Below, piece after piece: positions 13,601 to 28,600 of a stretch of DNA of 64,000 nucleotides. Numbering within the stretch: the first letter of the stretch is position 1; the number at the start of each line of letters is the position of its first letter. Location of the stretch: the NCBI GenBank assembly GCA_964252035.1, contig OZ176201.1, one strand, 5' to 3'. The position numbers were made by a program, and so were the translations under genes. The stretch comes from Podarcis erhardii (lineage: Eukaryota). Below the pieces are notes generated by a model. That model did not search any database, was not told where the DNA came from, and was given only the letters and a program-made list of their open reading frames with translations.

Positions 13601-16600
13601 CCTGTTACTCTATATTCTTCTCCTTTTTGTTTCCAAACCTGTAAAGCATCACAGACACATTTTAAAATAATAAATTTACTTTAAAAGCTTATATTCAATT
13701 ACAAAAATAAAAGATGGCTTTTCAACAAATGCTGCAAGAAACTGCTTAAACTGTGGCTACAACACAGATCTGCAACATAAATGCATGAAAAAGGACTGAG
13801 CACACTACTGGAACTAGCCTCTGCTCCCAACAGTAATGCACATAGAAAAGCAACAACATTTTAGGGATGCAGATTTGCCATGACCAGTTGGGTTCCTAGA
13901 ACCACGATTTCCACACAAAGAATACTAGGGGTGCATCTATGCAGCTAATCAGGCCTTTTTTTTTTTTTTAGAAGGGCTTATCAAAGGGTTCCACATAGAC
14001 TTCTTAGTGATTGTTATGGATAACTCTTAATAGACAAATGCTACTATATTTTGTTTTTAGGCTTTTTTGTCATGGGGCTAGAAGGAAAAGGAAATCATCT
14101 TCATTGAATAGATGGAGTACATGGGATCTTGACCTGTCTCAAATTTCTCTTATACTTGGAACTGGGATATGTAAATCACATCCTATGCACATACAGTATC
14201 AAAGATGTTTGGTGAAATCTCTCTTCTATCACCTGAGTAAGATTACAACCCATCATGGATTAATATCCAATTAAACAATGGCCAAGACACAAATCAGTCT
14301 CAAGTTCTCTCTTTTCATCGATCCTATTACTCTCCATGTTAAAAAAACCCCCACCCCACCCCATACAGCCTTTTAAATTTAATAAAGGAAGAGCAGAAAT
14401 CTGCTAAAAACATATACTTAAGATTACTATGCAGAAACTGTACCTGATGTTTGATAGGAAATGTGTATTTCACCCATGTTGCTTGCTGCATGGTTTCTTC
14501 TTCCTCTTGTTTTCTTTCCTTCTTTTTCACTTTTTCCTTTTCTTCTCTTTCAATAGCTGTCATTCTGCGCAACCTAATCGCAAGATACACATTCTTTTGG
14601 GCCAGTTATACTACAAATACACAAACAGCTGCATGCTGCTGTACAAACAGCGAATGCAGTTGAGTCAAGAGCATTTAAAGTACACTGTTGTTGAACTTTC
14701 AAAGTAGTTTTTCCATTGCTGAGATTAACTGACATGAGGCAACTTCCAGGTGGCGAACATATTGCAAAAATTGTGCCCGTTAATTTTCAGTGCTAAAATG
14801 GTGTTAAAATTCTCCAGTACAGTACTTGCACATATTTTAATGTAGACTTATGTTTTTCACTCATTCAGACATCTTACCTGGTGTGTCCCAAGGACTCCCT
14901 CCAGATTGGCAGCATGACAACTGGCTTGATTGCACATTCCAATATAGCTAAAGCCAATGCAAATTCTCTAGGTTTACTACACATCTGCACAGCCTTGATC
15001 CAATTAGACCTACAGGTGACAAAAATATTATCAGCATTTGCTGCATACAGTAGGATAAATGCTACGTCAATAGCATACTTTAAAACAAAACTGCCCAGAG
15101 TGGCAGGGGAAACCCAGCCAGATGGGCGAGGTATAAATTATCTATTATAAAACACTATCTCTCTTCATTAAAATCCCTCCTCAAAGTGTTTCTATGAGGA
15201 TAAAGCAAATTATTTGTGCTATGGGGATATAGCAAATTATTTGTGCTATACAGTGGGACCTCGGGTTAAGTACTTAATTCGTTCTGGAGGTCCGTACTTA
15301 ACCTGAAACTGTTCTTAACCTGAAGCACACTTTAGCTAATGGGGCCTCCTGCTGCTGCCGCGTTGCCGGAGCCCGATTTCTGTTCTCATCCTGAAGCAAA
15401 GCTCTTAACCTGAAGCACTATTTCTGGGTTAGCGGAGTCTGTAACCTGAAGCGTATGTAACCCGAGGTACCACTGTAATTCAGCCTGCAACAAAGCCTAA
15501 GTGCATGCAACTGAGACAACTACATCAATTTCCCTTCTTTTTTTCCATTTCCACCCTGTCAACAACTCATCTTCTTCAGCTACCCTGCAAGTTGATGGTG
15601 CTTAACTTATACTAACTTACAAGCTGTATACTAACTTATGCTCAGAAAAAGGGAGCAGGGCATTTATTTATTTATTTAGCAAATTCCAGCTTCCGACGTA
15701 GCAACCTGTGCCCCTGAAAAGCCTGCAGACAGCATGGAAAGTGTTCCTGAGGGAAACGAGCAATAGGTAAAAACTATTGTGCCGCTCCCCCCACTGCTTC
15801 CGCCAGTAGGGAAGCTCTTTTGCAGGTTCCTGCACAAATGGTTCATACAGGAGAAAGTCTGGATTCAACCTATATAATTTTAAAAACCACTGCATTAAAA
15901 ATGATGAAAATCACAACTATATTCACCTGTGGGAAGCCCAGTTGGGGTGAAGGAATGAGGATGGGATGTTGTTCTCTAGCTGAATTATTGTTAATCTCAG
16001 GGTGGATATCGTGAGAACCTTTGACCCGTGGACAGAGCCATTCCATTTGAACTCTCCAGCAGGACTCAGACAAAATTTGTGAGAGAGGTGTCGCCTCTTG
16101 TCATGATCTTCCCGGTGTTGATGCTTGTTCAAAGCAAAAGAATTGGTGGCATACTGATTGTGGTACACACGGTACTTCCCTTCTTGGCCTAGTTTGAAAT
16201 AATTGCTGATGTTTCCTTTCATCACTATTTCTTTCTTCGTGTTCAGTCGGGAGATTTCTCCTTGGGAATTAACCACAAGGACCTTATTGAAATAAAAAAC
16301 AAAATGCACACAAATTTTTAAAAATTACAATCTTTGGTCTTAGATTTTAGTGTTAGCCCAATCCCTGTTATCTTTAGGGAATGTAATGTCGAGGATTAGA
16401 AAATGCAGCTCTTAATCTATAAATACGTGCACAGGATGAAATAGGCTCTGACTGTAAGAACTTAGGCTAAGGATAAACTTGTCTTCAAAGTTGATTTTCC
16501 TAAAGAAACAAACTCTACTTATACCCAGGAGTGGTTGTGTTAAAATCAATAGAGCTGACTTTTGAATAGCCATGAATAAGATTGTGCTGTTAGTTTTCGC

Positions 16601-19600
16601 CACCCAGTAGAAACCACCAGGTGACCACCTTCATTTTGCTTTCCGTGAACAGGAGTATTTCTGCAGTAAAAAGTCTGCAAAATTAACACAAACCTCTTTG
16701 CCTTCTTTAAATAGCTTATTTGCTTCATGTGCAGCAGCAGCAACTTGCTGACTTTTCAGCTGGCTGAGTTTGCTATCCGGATTTCGTAACCTGGTGACCA
16801 TTCGTGTTGAACCCGGCGTGCCTCTTCCAGTGTTTGGAGATTCACTTCGTTCACTGTTAGATCTATCCCCTGTCAAAAACCAAAACAAACCACCCACTTA
16901 AACAGGAGACAGAAAGGCCAATTAGTACAGATATTGCTGAAATGTGTCATTTTAGGAGCAGCAATCAGCTACTCCAGGCATAGGCAAACTCGGCCCTCCA
17001 GATGTTTTGGGACTACAACCCCATCATCCTTAGCTAACAGGACCAGAGGTCAGGGATGATGGGAATTGTAGTCTCAAAACATCTGGAGGGTCGAGTTTGC
17101 CTATGCCTGAGCTACTCTAAAGACAGACTGCTTTATTTTTACCTAGCTCCTCTGAGCTCTGGGATCCTCCTTCAATATTTTCCACTTCATCAGAAGCCTT
17201 CATTGATTCATCCTGCATGGAATTTAGTACATTGCTACAGCTGTTTTCTGGATCAGACAAAAGTGCTTCAGTGGAAGAACCAACGTTCAGGCTGGGAACC
17301 ATCTTAGTTGTTTCATCTGTGAAAGATAGGAACTATTTATGTACGTAGTATTACCTGAAGGGCACTTTAAAATGCAAGATGAACATCTTGAAATCAAAAG
17401 GTGCTGAAACATCAATAGTATGAAAATATAAATGATAATTTCTTTCTGAATTTAAGTCAACAGGTGTTGTATATATTTTAATTACGTGCACCTTCTTCTA
17501 TAAAGAAAGCCACTATATTTCTTATTTTAGCTCAACAGTTAAGCACATTGTTATTCCTGCATTTAGCAAACATGATTAATAACCAAATTACATTCTGAAA
17601 AATCCCATTGGGGAGTGGGAGAAGAAGAAAGGTTGAATTTGTATGCACACCCACATTAAAAAAACACAACCTTTGAACACTGAAACGATTACATGGGAAG
17701 AGGGTTGGACTACAACTTTTCCCAGATACATGTTTTACATAAAGGGAGCTGTATATTTTGGTTAGGTGGGAGAGCTTACAGAGAGGATTACTGAAGACAG
17801 TCTCTAATGCACAAAAGGAATACGTAGCAGACATGAGTAAGAGGATAGGAAGGAATAAACAAAAGTATTTTAATTATGAACAGCACTAAAAGAGGGGCAA
17901 TTATTTTTGAATCATTGCTATCAATCTTATCATGAGTCACCTGAAATCAAGGATGAAATATCAAGATGGCCAGCACTGAAGATGATACCACATTATTCAA
18001 GGCAGTAAATTCTCAGATCACTGGGCAACAAAACAACTCCTAACAGGTTCACAACAAGCTGCTGAGGCTGCTAGCTGGGCAAGAAACATCCATGCAAATA
18101 AGCCTGTACATATTGCTGTGGTATTCACAACTTCTGCAGTCGTGGAATAGCACCCTAGAGGCATAGTTTCCCAATTGGTCTTTATATCTATCATATAAAA
18201 ATAATATATTGCCGTCATTTCTATACAATGATGCTTTCCCCCTATTTACACATTCTTCAAACCTTTCCGAAAGAGGTTCACATGCATGAGATCAATGACA
18301 CTGATTCTGATCTATTCACATTCATTTCTGTCTGCATACTCTACAATCTCGGCCATTACACCAGGTATTTTTTACCGTTGGGTGTCCCCAACATGGCATC
18401 CATGGGATCATGCTCTGCCGCCCAAGAGGCTCTCACTCCTTTGGATACCACACTAAAATATGAGCCAATGCATTCTGGGAGTTCTAAAAATAAACACAGT
18501 GCAAATCCATGCGAAACATAATTTCAAATTCCCCTATGAAGAAAGTGTTTGCCCATGTGGAGGTAATGTGCCTGAAGACTTACTCTACTACTTACTGGTA
18601 TGCCCAATCTACGAGGACGCAAGAACAAAGATTTAAATCTCCCAGTTGGGAGATTGAGATGAGTATGTGATAAACTTTTTATTAGGGAACAAGTCTCCTT
18701 ACACCTCACAAAAAGTGGCCTGTTTTGCCTTTAGAGCAGAAATTTTAAGGAGAAAAGTTTGTGGGGATAAGTTAAATTCTTTGGGGGATCAAACTCTTAT
18801 CGGGCAGGATGCCTGATTTTAATAATTATTTTAACCATGTCATGCATTTTATTCTGCTTTCATTCTGTTTTATGTATTTTATCATTCATAACGGCTTCGG
18901 CTGAAATAAATACAGTGGTACAGTGGTACCTCAGGTTAAGTACTTAATTTGTTCCGGAGGTCCGTTCTTAACCTGAAACTGTTCTTAACCTGAAGCACCA
19001 TTTTAGCTAATTGGGCCTCCTACTGCCGCCACCACACAATTTCTGTTCTCATCCTGAAGCAAAGTTCTTAACCTGAAGCACTATTTCTGGGTTAGCGAAG
19101 TCTGTAACCTGAAGCGTATGTAACCTGAAGTGTATGTAACCTGAGGTACCACTGTAATCCCAAATATTTGAAGGATGCAGCAACACAAGTCTATCCACAT
19201 TAAATCTGGGATACTATTAATTCAGTTGAAGACAAACATACTGTATCAGAGTGTCAGGGATGGCAGTGCAAACAAGCAGCACAAATAGCATACACTGTAA
19301 GTGGTTTTAGGCGATTTCCATTTACATAACTGTTATGATCCTCTAAATTACAGAGGCATTTTTCTGTACCTGAGACATTCTTGAGGGCCTCTGATGTCAC
19401 CAGCTTCTTGTTCGCCTCATTATCATCCAGGATTTCTGACTCATTTCCGACTGCACTCTTTCCTTCAGAAGTACTAGACTCTCCAGCAGGAGGATCTACG
19501 CTGTTGCCTCCAACAGCTGATGTCACGGAGTTGCTTTTATCTATAGCATCTGTTTGCTCTACAGTAACGAATGGGTAACAAAGTGCAACAGGTGTTTTAA

Positions 19601-22600
19601 AAACTGGCTTATACCAAGATGCCAAGTTTTACCTACACTGAAATGAAAGTTTGTGAAAACTGCTTGGACTATGTCACTGGGGAATGAGAGCTGATTCTGT
19701 GATGAGAAGAATGTCTGTCTAAAACTGAAATTGTTGACAGACCAAAAGATACAATAACAAATGCTATTAAAATGAAATACACTGGAGTAAACACTACTGC
19801 AGAAAATATGTTAATTTCGCAAGTGTCGTCTTTACCTTCCTTTCTTCCTTTTTCAGAACTTTCATCTGGTGGCGTTTCTTTGTTTACATCCAGCAGTTGG
19901 TTCGAAAGTTCCTCTTTGCCATTATCAGTATCTGTACTGTCTTTATTCTCAACACTAGCCTTTTCCGTTTCCGTTTCATCAGCTATTGAGCTTTTATCTT
20001 CTGGTATTTCCCCCTTTCTGGCTCTGATTGCTTCCAGAATCTCTTCTAAAGCAAAAAATGGACAATAGACACCTAGTTCAAAGACTAGGGGCTCCACAAG
20101 TATCCATTTTAACCCCTGACAGACCCATCTAACAAGTGAATACATGGTCCACAGTGCAACTGACATTTGTGAAGTACTGTTTGCACATGTAATTTTTAAA
20201 AAGTCATTTAACAGGTGGATTACAAGTTGATACAGGCGACTCTCAATTTACATCGGGGTTATGTTCCAGGGATAATATGGAACACCAAAATCTTGTATAG
20301 TCAAAACACACTGGGTGCAATGGCGGACGGGATTGCCAAAGTTTTTCTTCCCTGGACCCTCAGAACCCCCTTTTTTGGCCAAATGTGTAAAGTTGAATAT
20401 GCACAAGTTAAATGCACGTAAATTGCAAGTTACCTGTATACATAGTCTCAAAAATGGCAGGGATTGCAAACTGAATGGAATTTTGTGTACAGTGGTGCCC
20501 CGCAAGACGAACGCCTCGCAAGACGGAAAACCCGCTAGACGAAAGGGTTTTCCGTTTTGGAGGCGCTTCGCAAGACGAATTTCCCTATGGGCTTGCTTCG
20601 CAAGACGACAGCCCATAGGGAAATCTCCGGGACAGTGGGGAAGCGCAGCTCGTCTTCCCCGCTGTCCTCGGACCTCCTCCGAAGCCTGGCGGCGGGGCGG
20701 GGACACCTCCTCCCACCGCCGGGCTTCGGAAGGATGCCCCGATGCCGGGCGGCGAGGCGGGAACGCCTCCCCCCGCCACCCGGCATCGGAACGATGTCCC
20801 GAAGCCGAGCGGCGGGGCGGGAAAGTCTCCCCCCGCCGCCCGGCATCGGAACGATGCCCCGATGCCGGGCGGCGAGGCGGGAAAGTCTCCCCCCGCCGCC
20901 CGGCATCGGAACGATGCCCCGATGCCGGGCGGCGAGGCGGGAAAGTCTCCCTCCGCCGCCCGGCATCGGAACGATGTCCCGAAGCCGAGCGGCGGGGCGG
21001 GAACGCCTCCCCCCGCCGCCCGGCTTCGGGGCAGGAAAGCCTCCCCCCGCCGCCCGGCTTCGGGGCGGGAAAGCCTCCCCCCGCCGCCCGGCTTCGGGGC
21101 GGGAAAGCCTCCCCCCGCCGCCCGGCTTCGGGGCATCGTCCCGATGCCGGGCGGCGGGGCGAGAAAGCCTCCCCCCGCCGCCTGGCATCGGAACGATGTC
21201 CCGAAGCCGGGCGGCGGGGCCGCGAAGCCTGGGCGCGCTGGCAACTCTCCGCAAGGAGCGCTCCCGCTGCTTGCGGAGAGGTCCGCGAAGCCTGTCCTGG
21301 ACCTCTTCTGAAGGCAGGCGGGGGGCAAAAGTCTTTGTCCCCCCTGCTTGCCTTCCCAGGGGCTTTTAAATCGCCCGGACAGCGGAGAAGTCCTCGGCTG
21401 TCCCGGGCGATTTTAAAATGCCGCCTGCCAGAAGAGGTCGGGGGAAGGCGATTTCCATAGGAACGCATTAATTGATTTTCAATGCATTCCTATGGAAAAC
21501 CGTGCATCGCAAGACGAAAAACTCGCAAGACGAAGAGACTTGCGGAACGAATTAATTTCGTCTTGCGAGGCACCACTGTACATCACTCAGTCAATATGGA
21601 TAATCTACAACTCTATAAGCAATGTCAGAGAACATGCATTAATTGCTATTGATTCTGCAGATTAATTGAAGTTTTGATAACATGCATATATGGTAACCTA
21701 ACAGATCTACAAATCTGTGGCTCCTGGACATTAATCTGGCTCCAAACATGCAAAGACTGAAAAATAAGGCTGAGCTGTGGGATTATGGAAACCTCAAGTT
21801 AGCAACTCTTCCAAAAAGGATGATAATCAATCTGACCTGCTCCTGCCCTCATTTATTTATCCGCTGCAATATTTTCAGTGCTCTAGAACTAGACTCAGAT
21901 CCCAGTGCCACCAAGAAATGCATTTGGTTTGAAACAAGTGCAGACTTGAGAAGAAAGCTGCGCTCTTCCAAAAGGCAGATTTCTCCAAAAGCAAAAGGAT
22001 GCTCACTGCAAAATAGGGTCCTCAGTTTATGTCTCCAGTTGTTGCCCTGTTTTAAGGCACCCAGCCTAGATGTAGCCAGTAATCCAACCGTTTGCAAAGA
22101 AACAAAAATTTGCTATGGCTGTTACAAAATAGAACACTGCCAAGAAGGGATGGTTGTGAATAAAAAGTATGGAGCAGTTGGTCTTGCCCATACTGACCCA
22201 CTTAAGACTGAAGTATTATTTCTTCTATAAAGCAGTGGAGGTTTTGTAAATGCCACTAGGTATTATGATCAACTAAGGAAACTCATAACGGACAAACACT
22301 ATACTGGTGACTATTTTTCAAAGGCACACTATAGCTAGCTATATTTAGGAGTGAAAAAGACAAGCTTAAAGTCATCAGGAAGAGCTCTATAGACTACAGG
22401 TGTTAGAGGAAGAATCACATTTTATCTTTTGCTTAAGAGCAAAAATATACCATTTTATCTTTAAATACACCCCCCCCCCACACACACAGAGTTCCACAGC
22501 CAACACCATTCAATTTGTTTCCTCCTGAAAAGAGCAGAGAAGTCACCTTCTGCTCACATCCTTCTGTATATAGATCTCCTGCAGTTTCTCGGGTTTTTTG

Positions 22601-25600
22601 CACTATTAAACAAAGTCTGCATAGGTTAGCGCTTTTTCTGGGGCAGCAACAAGGGTAGCCCTGGACCAATGCTTGCCCATTTCCCTGAAAAAAATCTGTA
22701 AGGCCTAACAGGTTTAATCGAACCTTCTCAAATGTACCTAAAGGCTATATGTATTCCAGTGGCACTATAAATGCAGTCCATGGAACTTGGCCTTCCCAAT
22801 TTTAACAGACATGCCCTTTTCCTCATAAACCTTTCTTCACTAGAATACACGTCAATGAAGTAGAAATTCAAAATGCGCTCGATAATCCATTCTGTGCTGT
22901 TAGCAATTCAGGATTAGTTTTGTAGATTCTTACCATTTGCTGCAGCAAGAAAAGATTTGTTGCTACCCCGTGCTTTATTGGTAAGGTCCTCCGTTATATC
23001 CATATGCCGATGTATTTCTTCACGCATTTCTTCCAGAGTTTTGCAGATATCAGCTTCCCAGTAATCTTTGTCAAGGCATTCAATTAATTCTGCCAGCTGG
23101 ACTTTTGTGCTATAGTACCAGATTTTCTTATCTTTCTCACACTCTGAATCTTCCTCTCTGTGACAGTATTAGAATAATTGTTTATGAGACAAATGGCAAT
23201 GAAACATATGTATATACTGGGAAAGAAACAGGAATGAAAAGAATAACTGAGTTCATATCATAAGTTCACTGTTGAGCATGTATTTTTAGTTTACCACAAA
23301 CAGCTATTACCAAACTCTAAAAAATGTTATGATAACATAATTCAATTCTTCCATAATTCAACTGCATAATATGAGTTGCCACATTTAAAAATTGTATTAT
23401 CACAAAACACAAACCTTTTCTTCCCTTTCCAATACACAAATAATATGTTTCGTTACCATACCGTACTATAAAGTATTATGACATTCCCATACAAAAGGAA
23501 TTTTCAATGATAATTTCAAAAATTAGACACTGAATCATTCGAAGAAATGATTATTTCTTCCAGGATGTTCTGTGGCTTCTCACCTAAGAAAAATCTCAAC
23601 ATAGGTTTTATTCACCATGGAGTCCTGTACAACCAGTTAATCTGGTCCAATTATTGATGACTTGGAACTGTATAGCAAAAATATGCTGACTCTATTTCAC
23701 ACAAATATGGTGACTGTCTATTTCACACATATCAGAATCATTAAGTGGAGGGCAAGCACTTTGGGTACAGGCATTATTACTTTACATCACATTTAGCCAA
23801 TCTTGGTAGTCAGAAGAAATCTGCTGTCATGACTGACCCTGCCCATTCTCTTATTTTCGATATCGTGCTGAGCTTTGGGGGTGCTCCAAAGCAAGAATTA
23901 AAAGATATGGTCTGAAAAAATAATGCTTTGCCACTTTAACAAATCCACACTATGCATTGCGGAAATAATTCACTTTTAAAATTTAATAGTATTATATGAC
24001 CTTTGCTTCTTTTTATAAATCCAAGAAGCAAGTAACAAATGTATGTACAACGAGATGAGAGTAAAGATGAAAGAATATTAAAGAAAAGCCCTTAAGGTGG
24101 GGAAGAGGATGGAGGGAGTGGAGGAGACCTGGGAGAAGATATAACACATCCAATGTGGCTGCACATAGGCTCTGTTCACACATCATGATAAGCAACAAAC
24201 CCCACTTTACTATGAATGACCAATATGTTACTGCACATGGCTCAATCACTTCTGCTTTGCTCCACCCTGTCTGAAACTTGGAAGAACAAGCTATGAAATA
24301 CTATATGCAATGGCTTTAATCCTAATGTTGCATACAAAATTGCATTTAAGTTCTTGCACACCTCAGCCTACAACATGTCCTACTGCAAACAATGAAGTCT
24401 TATGAATTAAAGTGTCTACTTCTTTGTCATGTATCTAGATGTCTGCATGACTGCCTGGTGCAATTGGTATGGAGCCCAGGGGTTCAGTGGCAGAGTGCAT
24501 GCTTCACATGTAGAGGGTCTCAGGCTCAACTGAAAGTTAAAAATGATCAGGCAGCAGGTTTAGATGGGAAAGCCATTTCCCTGAGACTCTGGAGACCCAC
24601 TGCCCCTCAAAACAGACAATGCTGGGTGCAAGATGGACTAATGCTCTGATCTGGTGCAAGGTGGCAGCGTATGTTCTACACAAAAAAGTAGTTTTTGCTG
24701 AACCAGTTGGCATAGCAAGTATTGTAAAGGTAAAGGTAAAGGCAAAGGACCCCTGGACGGTTAAGTAGACTATGGGGTGCTCCACTCATCTCGCTTTTCA
24801 GGCTGAGGGAGCGGGTGTTTATCTACAGACAGCTTTCTGGGTCACGAGGCCAGCATGACTACATCGCTTCTGGCACAACGGAACACCGTGATGGGAAGCC
24901 AGAGTGCACAGAAATGCCGTTTACCTTCCTGCCACAGTGGTACCTATTTATCTACTTGCACCGGTGTGCTTTCGAACTGCTAGGTTGGCAGGAGCTGGGA
25001 CAGAGCAATGGGAGCTCACCCCACCACGCAGATTCGAACTGCCAACCTTCTGATCGGCAAGCTCAAGAGGCTCAGTGGTTTAGACCACAGCGCCACCCAT
25101 GTCCCTGTAGCAAGTATGGAGTCAACCCAGGGACTGGAGAGCTGAAACCAGCACAAGGGACCAAGGCTCCTGAGAGGCTGTTTCATCTACATCACGGCAG
25201 GGAAAGACCAGGCTGAGCTCATTCATTGGCCAGAAAAGAAGTGGCTTCAGAAGCTTCCTCCCCACACACTACCTGCCAGAGAAACACAGCAACAACTGCC
25301 AGTTGCCCAGGGACTGCAGAAGTAAAGGAAAAGAACACTCTGGCCTTATCTATCAGACAAAGGAAAAAGAAATGGCCATTAGTACTCAATAAAGAATACC
25401 AGCAAGGGAAGCTCAGCCTGCGCTCCCCCCTCTTACACCCACTTATAGCTCACCACTGTGTTCTGGCATTAGAGAACTGACCTCCCTCTCCTACCTTTCC
25501 CATTTCCCTTTCCTTGTGTGTTCCTGCAAACCTGATGGCAATGCCATCTCTTTTAACTGATGTGAGCAGCTGGGGGGGTGGGCAACATTTGTCTGAAAAG

Positions 25601-28600
25601 TGGAATACAGTACATATAGAAAAATATACAGTAGTAAGTAAATAGTTGGATGACATGCATTTTCCATTCAGACTTTGATATGGAAGACCCCCAGTTCATT
25701 TCCCTAGCGTGCACTGCAAATTTAGTATGTGTAATTATCTCTTTAAAGATTTACACTGCAGTCTTAATCAAAATATCAAAGAAGTCTAGCAAGAGGAGAA
25801 GTATCAGGAGCACCCAAAGAGTCTGGCCTAAATTTGAAGACGAGGCACTTGAGTTTTACCACTGGGCAGCCTCAGGGACACTGAACTGTCACTGTTTCAG
25901 TAAAAAAAAAAACCAATGAATTTTTCAACAAGCCCCTCTTACACGGCTTAAGGGAATATCTTTAGATATTGAGGCTTTACACAGAAATGGGACTCAGCTA
26001 CATTACTAAAGATACAGCAAATTGAATGCACTATAAACATGCAACACCAGATGGCGCCAGAGAGCAGGAAATTTTAAAACACAGTTTTCCATAGTGATTT
26101 TTTTTCTTTTGTTAAAACGATCTAATTTCTGACTTATTTATAGCATTTCCCCCCCATGTTTAGATCCACCTTGGGTCTACCTCAGATTCGCATTATTCTT
26201 CACTGGCACAGATGCGAGGAGGCAATCAGAAGCTTTCTTGATTAGCCAGTGTTCAGCATTACACCTGAACTCTAAACTGCACTTCATCTTTAACTATAGT
26301 AATTGAAAATAAGTCAGCTTTGTAAATCAGGGATTGAAATTTACTTGCTATCATATTCTTAAGACTAAATGCAGTTTGTGTTTGGACATCAATGATAGCC
26401 ATATGCTTGTAGGAAACAAAGTAAAGGGTTGTTCTCTAAAATTTTATTATCTATATTCAACACTATACTGCTATAGCAGACTTATAAACAAGCAATAATG
26501 AGCCATATCGAAGACCAGCCCATTCTGCTATGCTGCTTACAATTTTTTTAATGGTGCGCCTTTTCTCAAGTACCAGTGTAAGATGTTTGAATAAAAAAAG
26601 AAAAGTTTTTCAGTTTCATAAAAAATTCTCTGCCCTGTTACCTAGAGGCAATTTTTGCTCATCCTAGGTGAATAGATCACTGGCTGTTTGCAAGCCAACA
26701 ATGAAGCTGGTAGGAATCAATGGGAGTTTTTTATCTTCACGGTAAAGGAAACTCCTTGAGAAGTAGATACGTCCTCTCAAATGATCAAAATACAAGGGCT
26801 TTATCCAGAGTGCCATCTTTTCTTTCTACAGATATTTACTGTACTCATTAGTGGTAAGATCACATGCCTACAAATGGATGTGGGTTTACAGAGAAAGACA
26901 GCAACTTTGCACTGAAAAAAGGTCCAACGGTTGATTCTTCAAAATATGAAGTACAGTGGTACCTTGGTTGTCGAATAGCTTGGCTCCTGAACAAATCGGC
27001 TCCCGAACGCTGCAAACCCAGAAGTAAGTGTTCCAATTTGCAAACGTTTTTTCAGAAGCCGAATGTCCGACACGGCTTCCGATTGAGTGCAGGAAGCTCC
27101 TGTAGCGAATCGAAAGCTGCACCTTGGTTTTTGAACTGTTTTGGGAGTCGAATGGACTCCCGGAACGGATTAAGTTCGAGAACCAAGGTACCACTGTAGT
27201 ATGAAATCCTCATACAAGCTGAGATTTCATGCCTGATGATCTCATATATGAGTTTTTACTACAGAAAGATGCATTGAGAAAGCACAGAGTGTCATTTAGC
27301 TCTTTCAAAATGAAGAGAATTTACTACTGCATTAAATACAATTTATATAATAAACTGAAATAACTTTTTGTGTTTTGGCAAATTATAAATACCAGTCAGT
27401 TAAATTCAGGACTCTATGCCACTGAAAAAACATTGAATTTGGTAGTGGGCACAAAATTCACCTTCCTGAGAAGGAAGCTTCTGCTTTCTTTCTTTTTTAA
27501 AGTGATGTTTCCACATGTAAAAGACTTTCTTGAAAGTATAAAAGCAATGGTGCTGAAATTGCAGAAGCCATAAAAGGCAGAGTAAGATTTTTCAAAGATT
27601 GGGGGGGGGGGAATATGGGACTTCAGAGTTCTTACCCATCCCCAACTGGCAAAATCAGCATGGATTTTATAAAATAGGAAGTCAATGCAGTATAAATTAA
27701 TTTAACCTAAAAGGAAATCATACAAACTTAGTCCATTTGCATAATATATACATCTTACAGAATCTAGCTTTTCTTGGAGAATAATTTGGATGGCCTGCAC
27801 AGAATTTAGTTTCGTGCAGCCATCGAGTACATAAAACTTACTGCTATATTAGGAAGCAAAAACATTTCCTCATAGCCACACCAGAGGCAGGGAAAGAGGA
27901 AGGGGAGCAAGAGAGCCCCAGAGCCTGGGTCCATTCACATTACACTAAACTGTGAATTAGAACAGGGATGGGGACCTCCAGTTCATGTGGTAATGAGGAA
28001 AAACCCCCGCACTTGACAAAGCATTTTTACAATGCCTTGAAGTGCCTACCATCACCTCAGAAAAATATATTAATGACTCTACAGACAGGATGGAATCACC
28101 ACCCATGGTAGCCTGACACCATTTGCAGAAAGAAACACAGGTGGCAGGCAGGGTTTCTTACTCATTTTATTTGACTTCTATGTACTTCAAATTGCTGTTT
28201 TATGAGATCAGGTGTGAGGTGTGAGAATTGCATTGCTCCAAAAGCTGCTTAGTTGCCTGATAATGGTGTCAGCAGAGTTGCAATTTCTTTTTCCAACTGA
28301 GACTCTTAAAATAAACGGTATTTAAAATTTTATTCTTAGAAGAATCAGTGATCTGGCCCTTGGGCTTTTGTTGATATTCAGCAATTTGTAATCTTTTCTG
28401 ATGCATTCTAAATCTCAGGGTTCTGCAATCATGCCTCTACAAAAAATGACTTTGCACACTAAGCTCTACTACCTGGGTCATAACATAGCAGCTATGTTGC
28501 ATTTGGATTTAAATGAAGTCACTGCCTAGGCTTGAATTTGTAAGTTATGAGAAAGATAAGAAGGAAAGAATGGATTCACAAAATACTAAAATTTCAGCAG

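Noticed and set aside
20690-21225. Possible CRISPR-like array
   Set aside because: The units are contiguous tandem copies with no unique spacers, there are no cas genes, and the context is a eukaryotic intron.
20248-21468. Long ORFs in all six frames (up to 406 aa) with repeated peptides
   Set aside because: They are a by-product of a GC-rich, stop-free minisatellite inside a MITE; there is no transposase or other domain.
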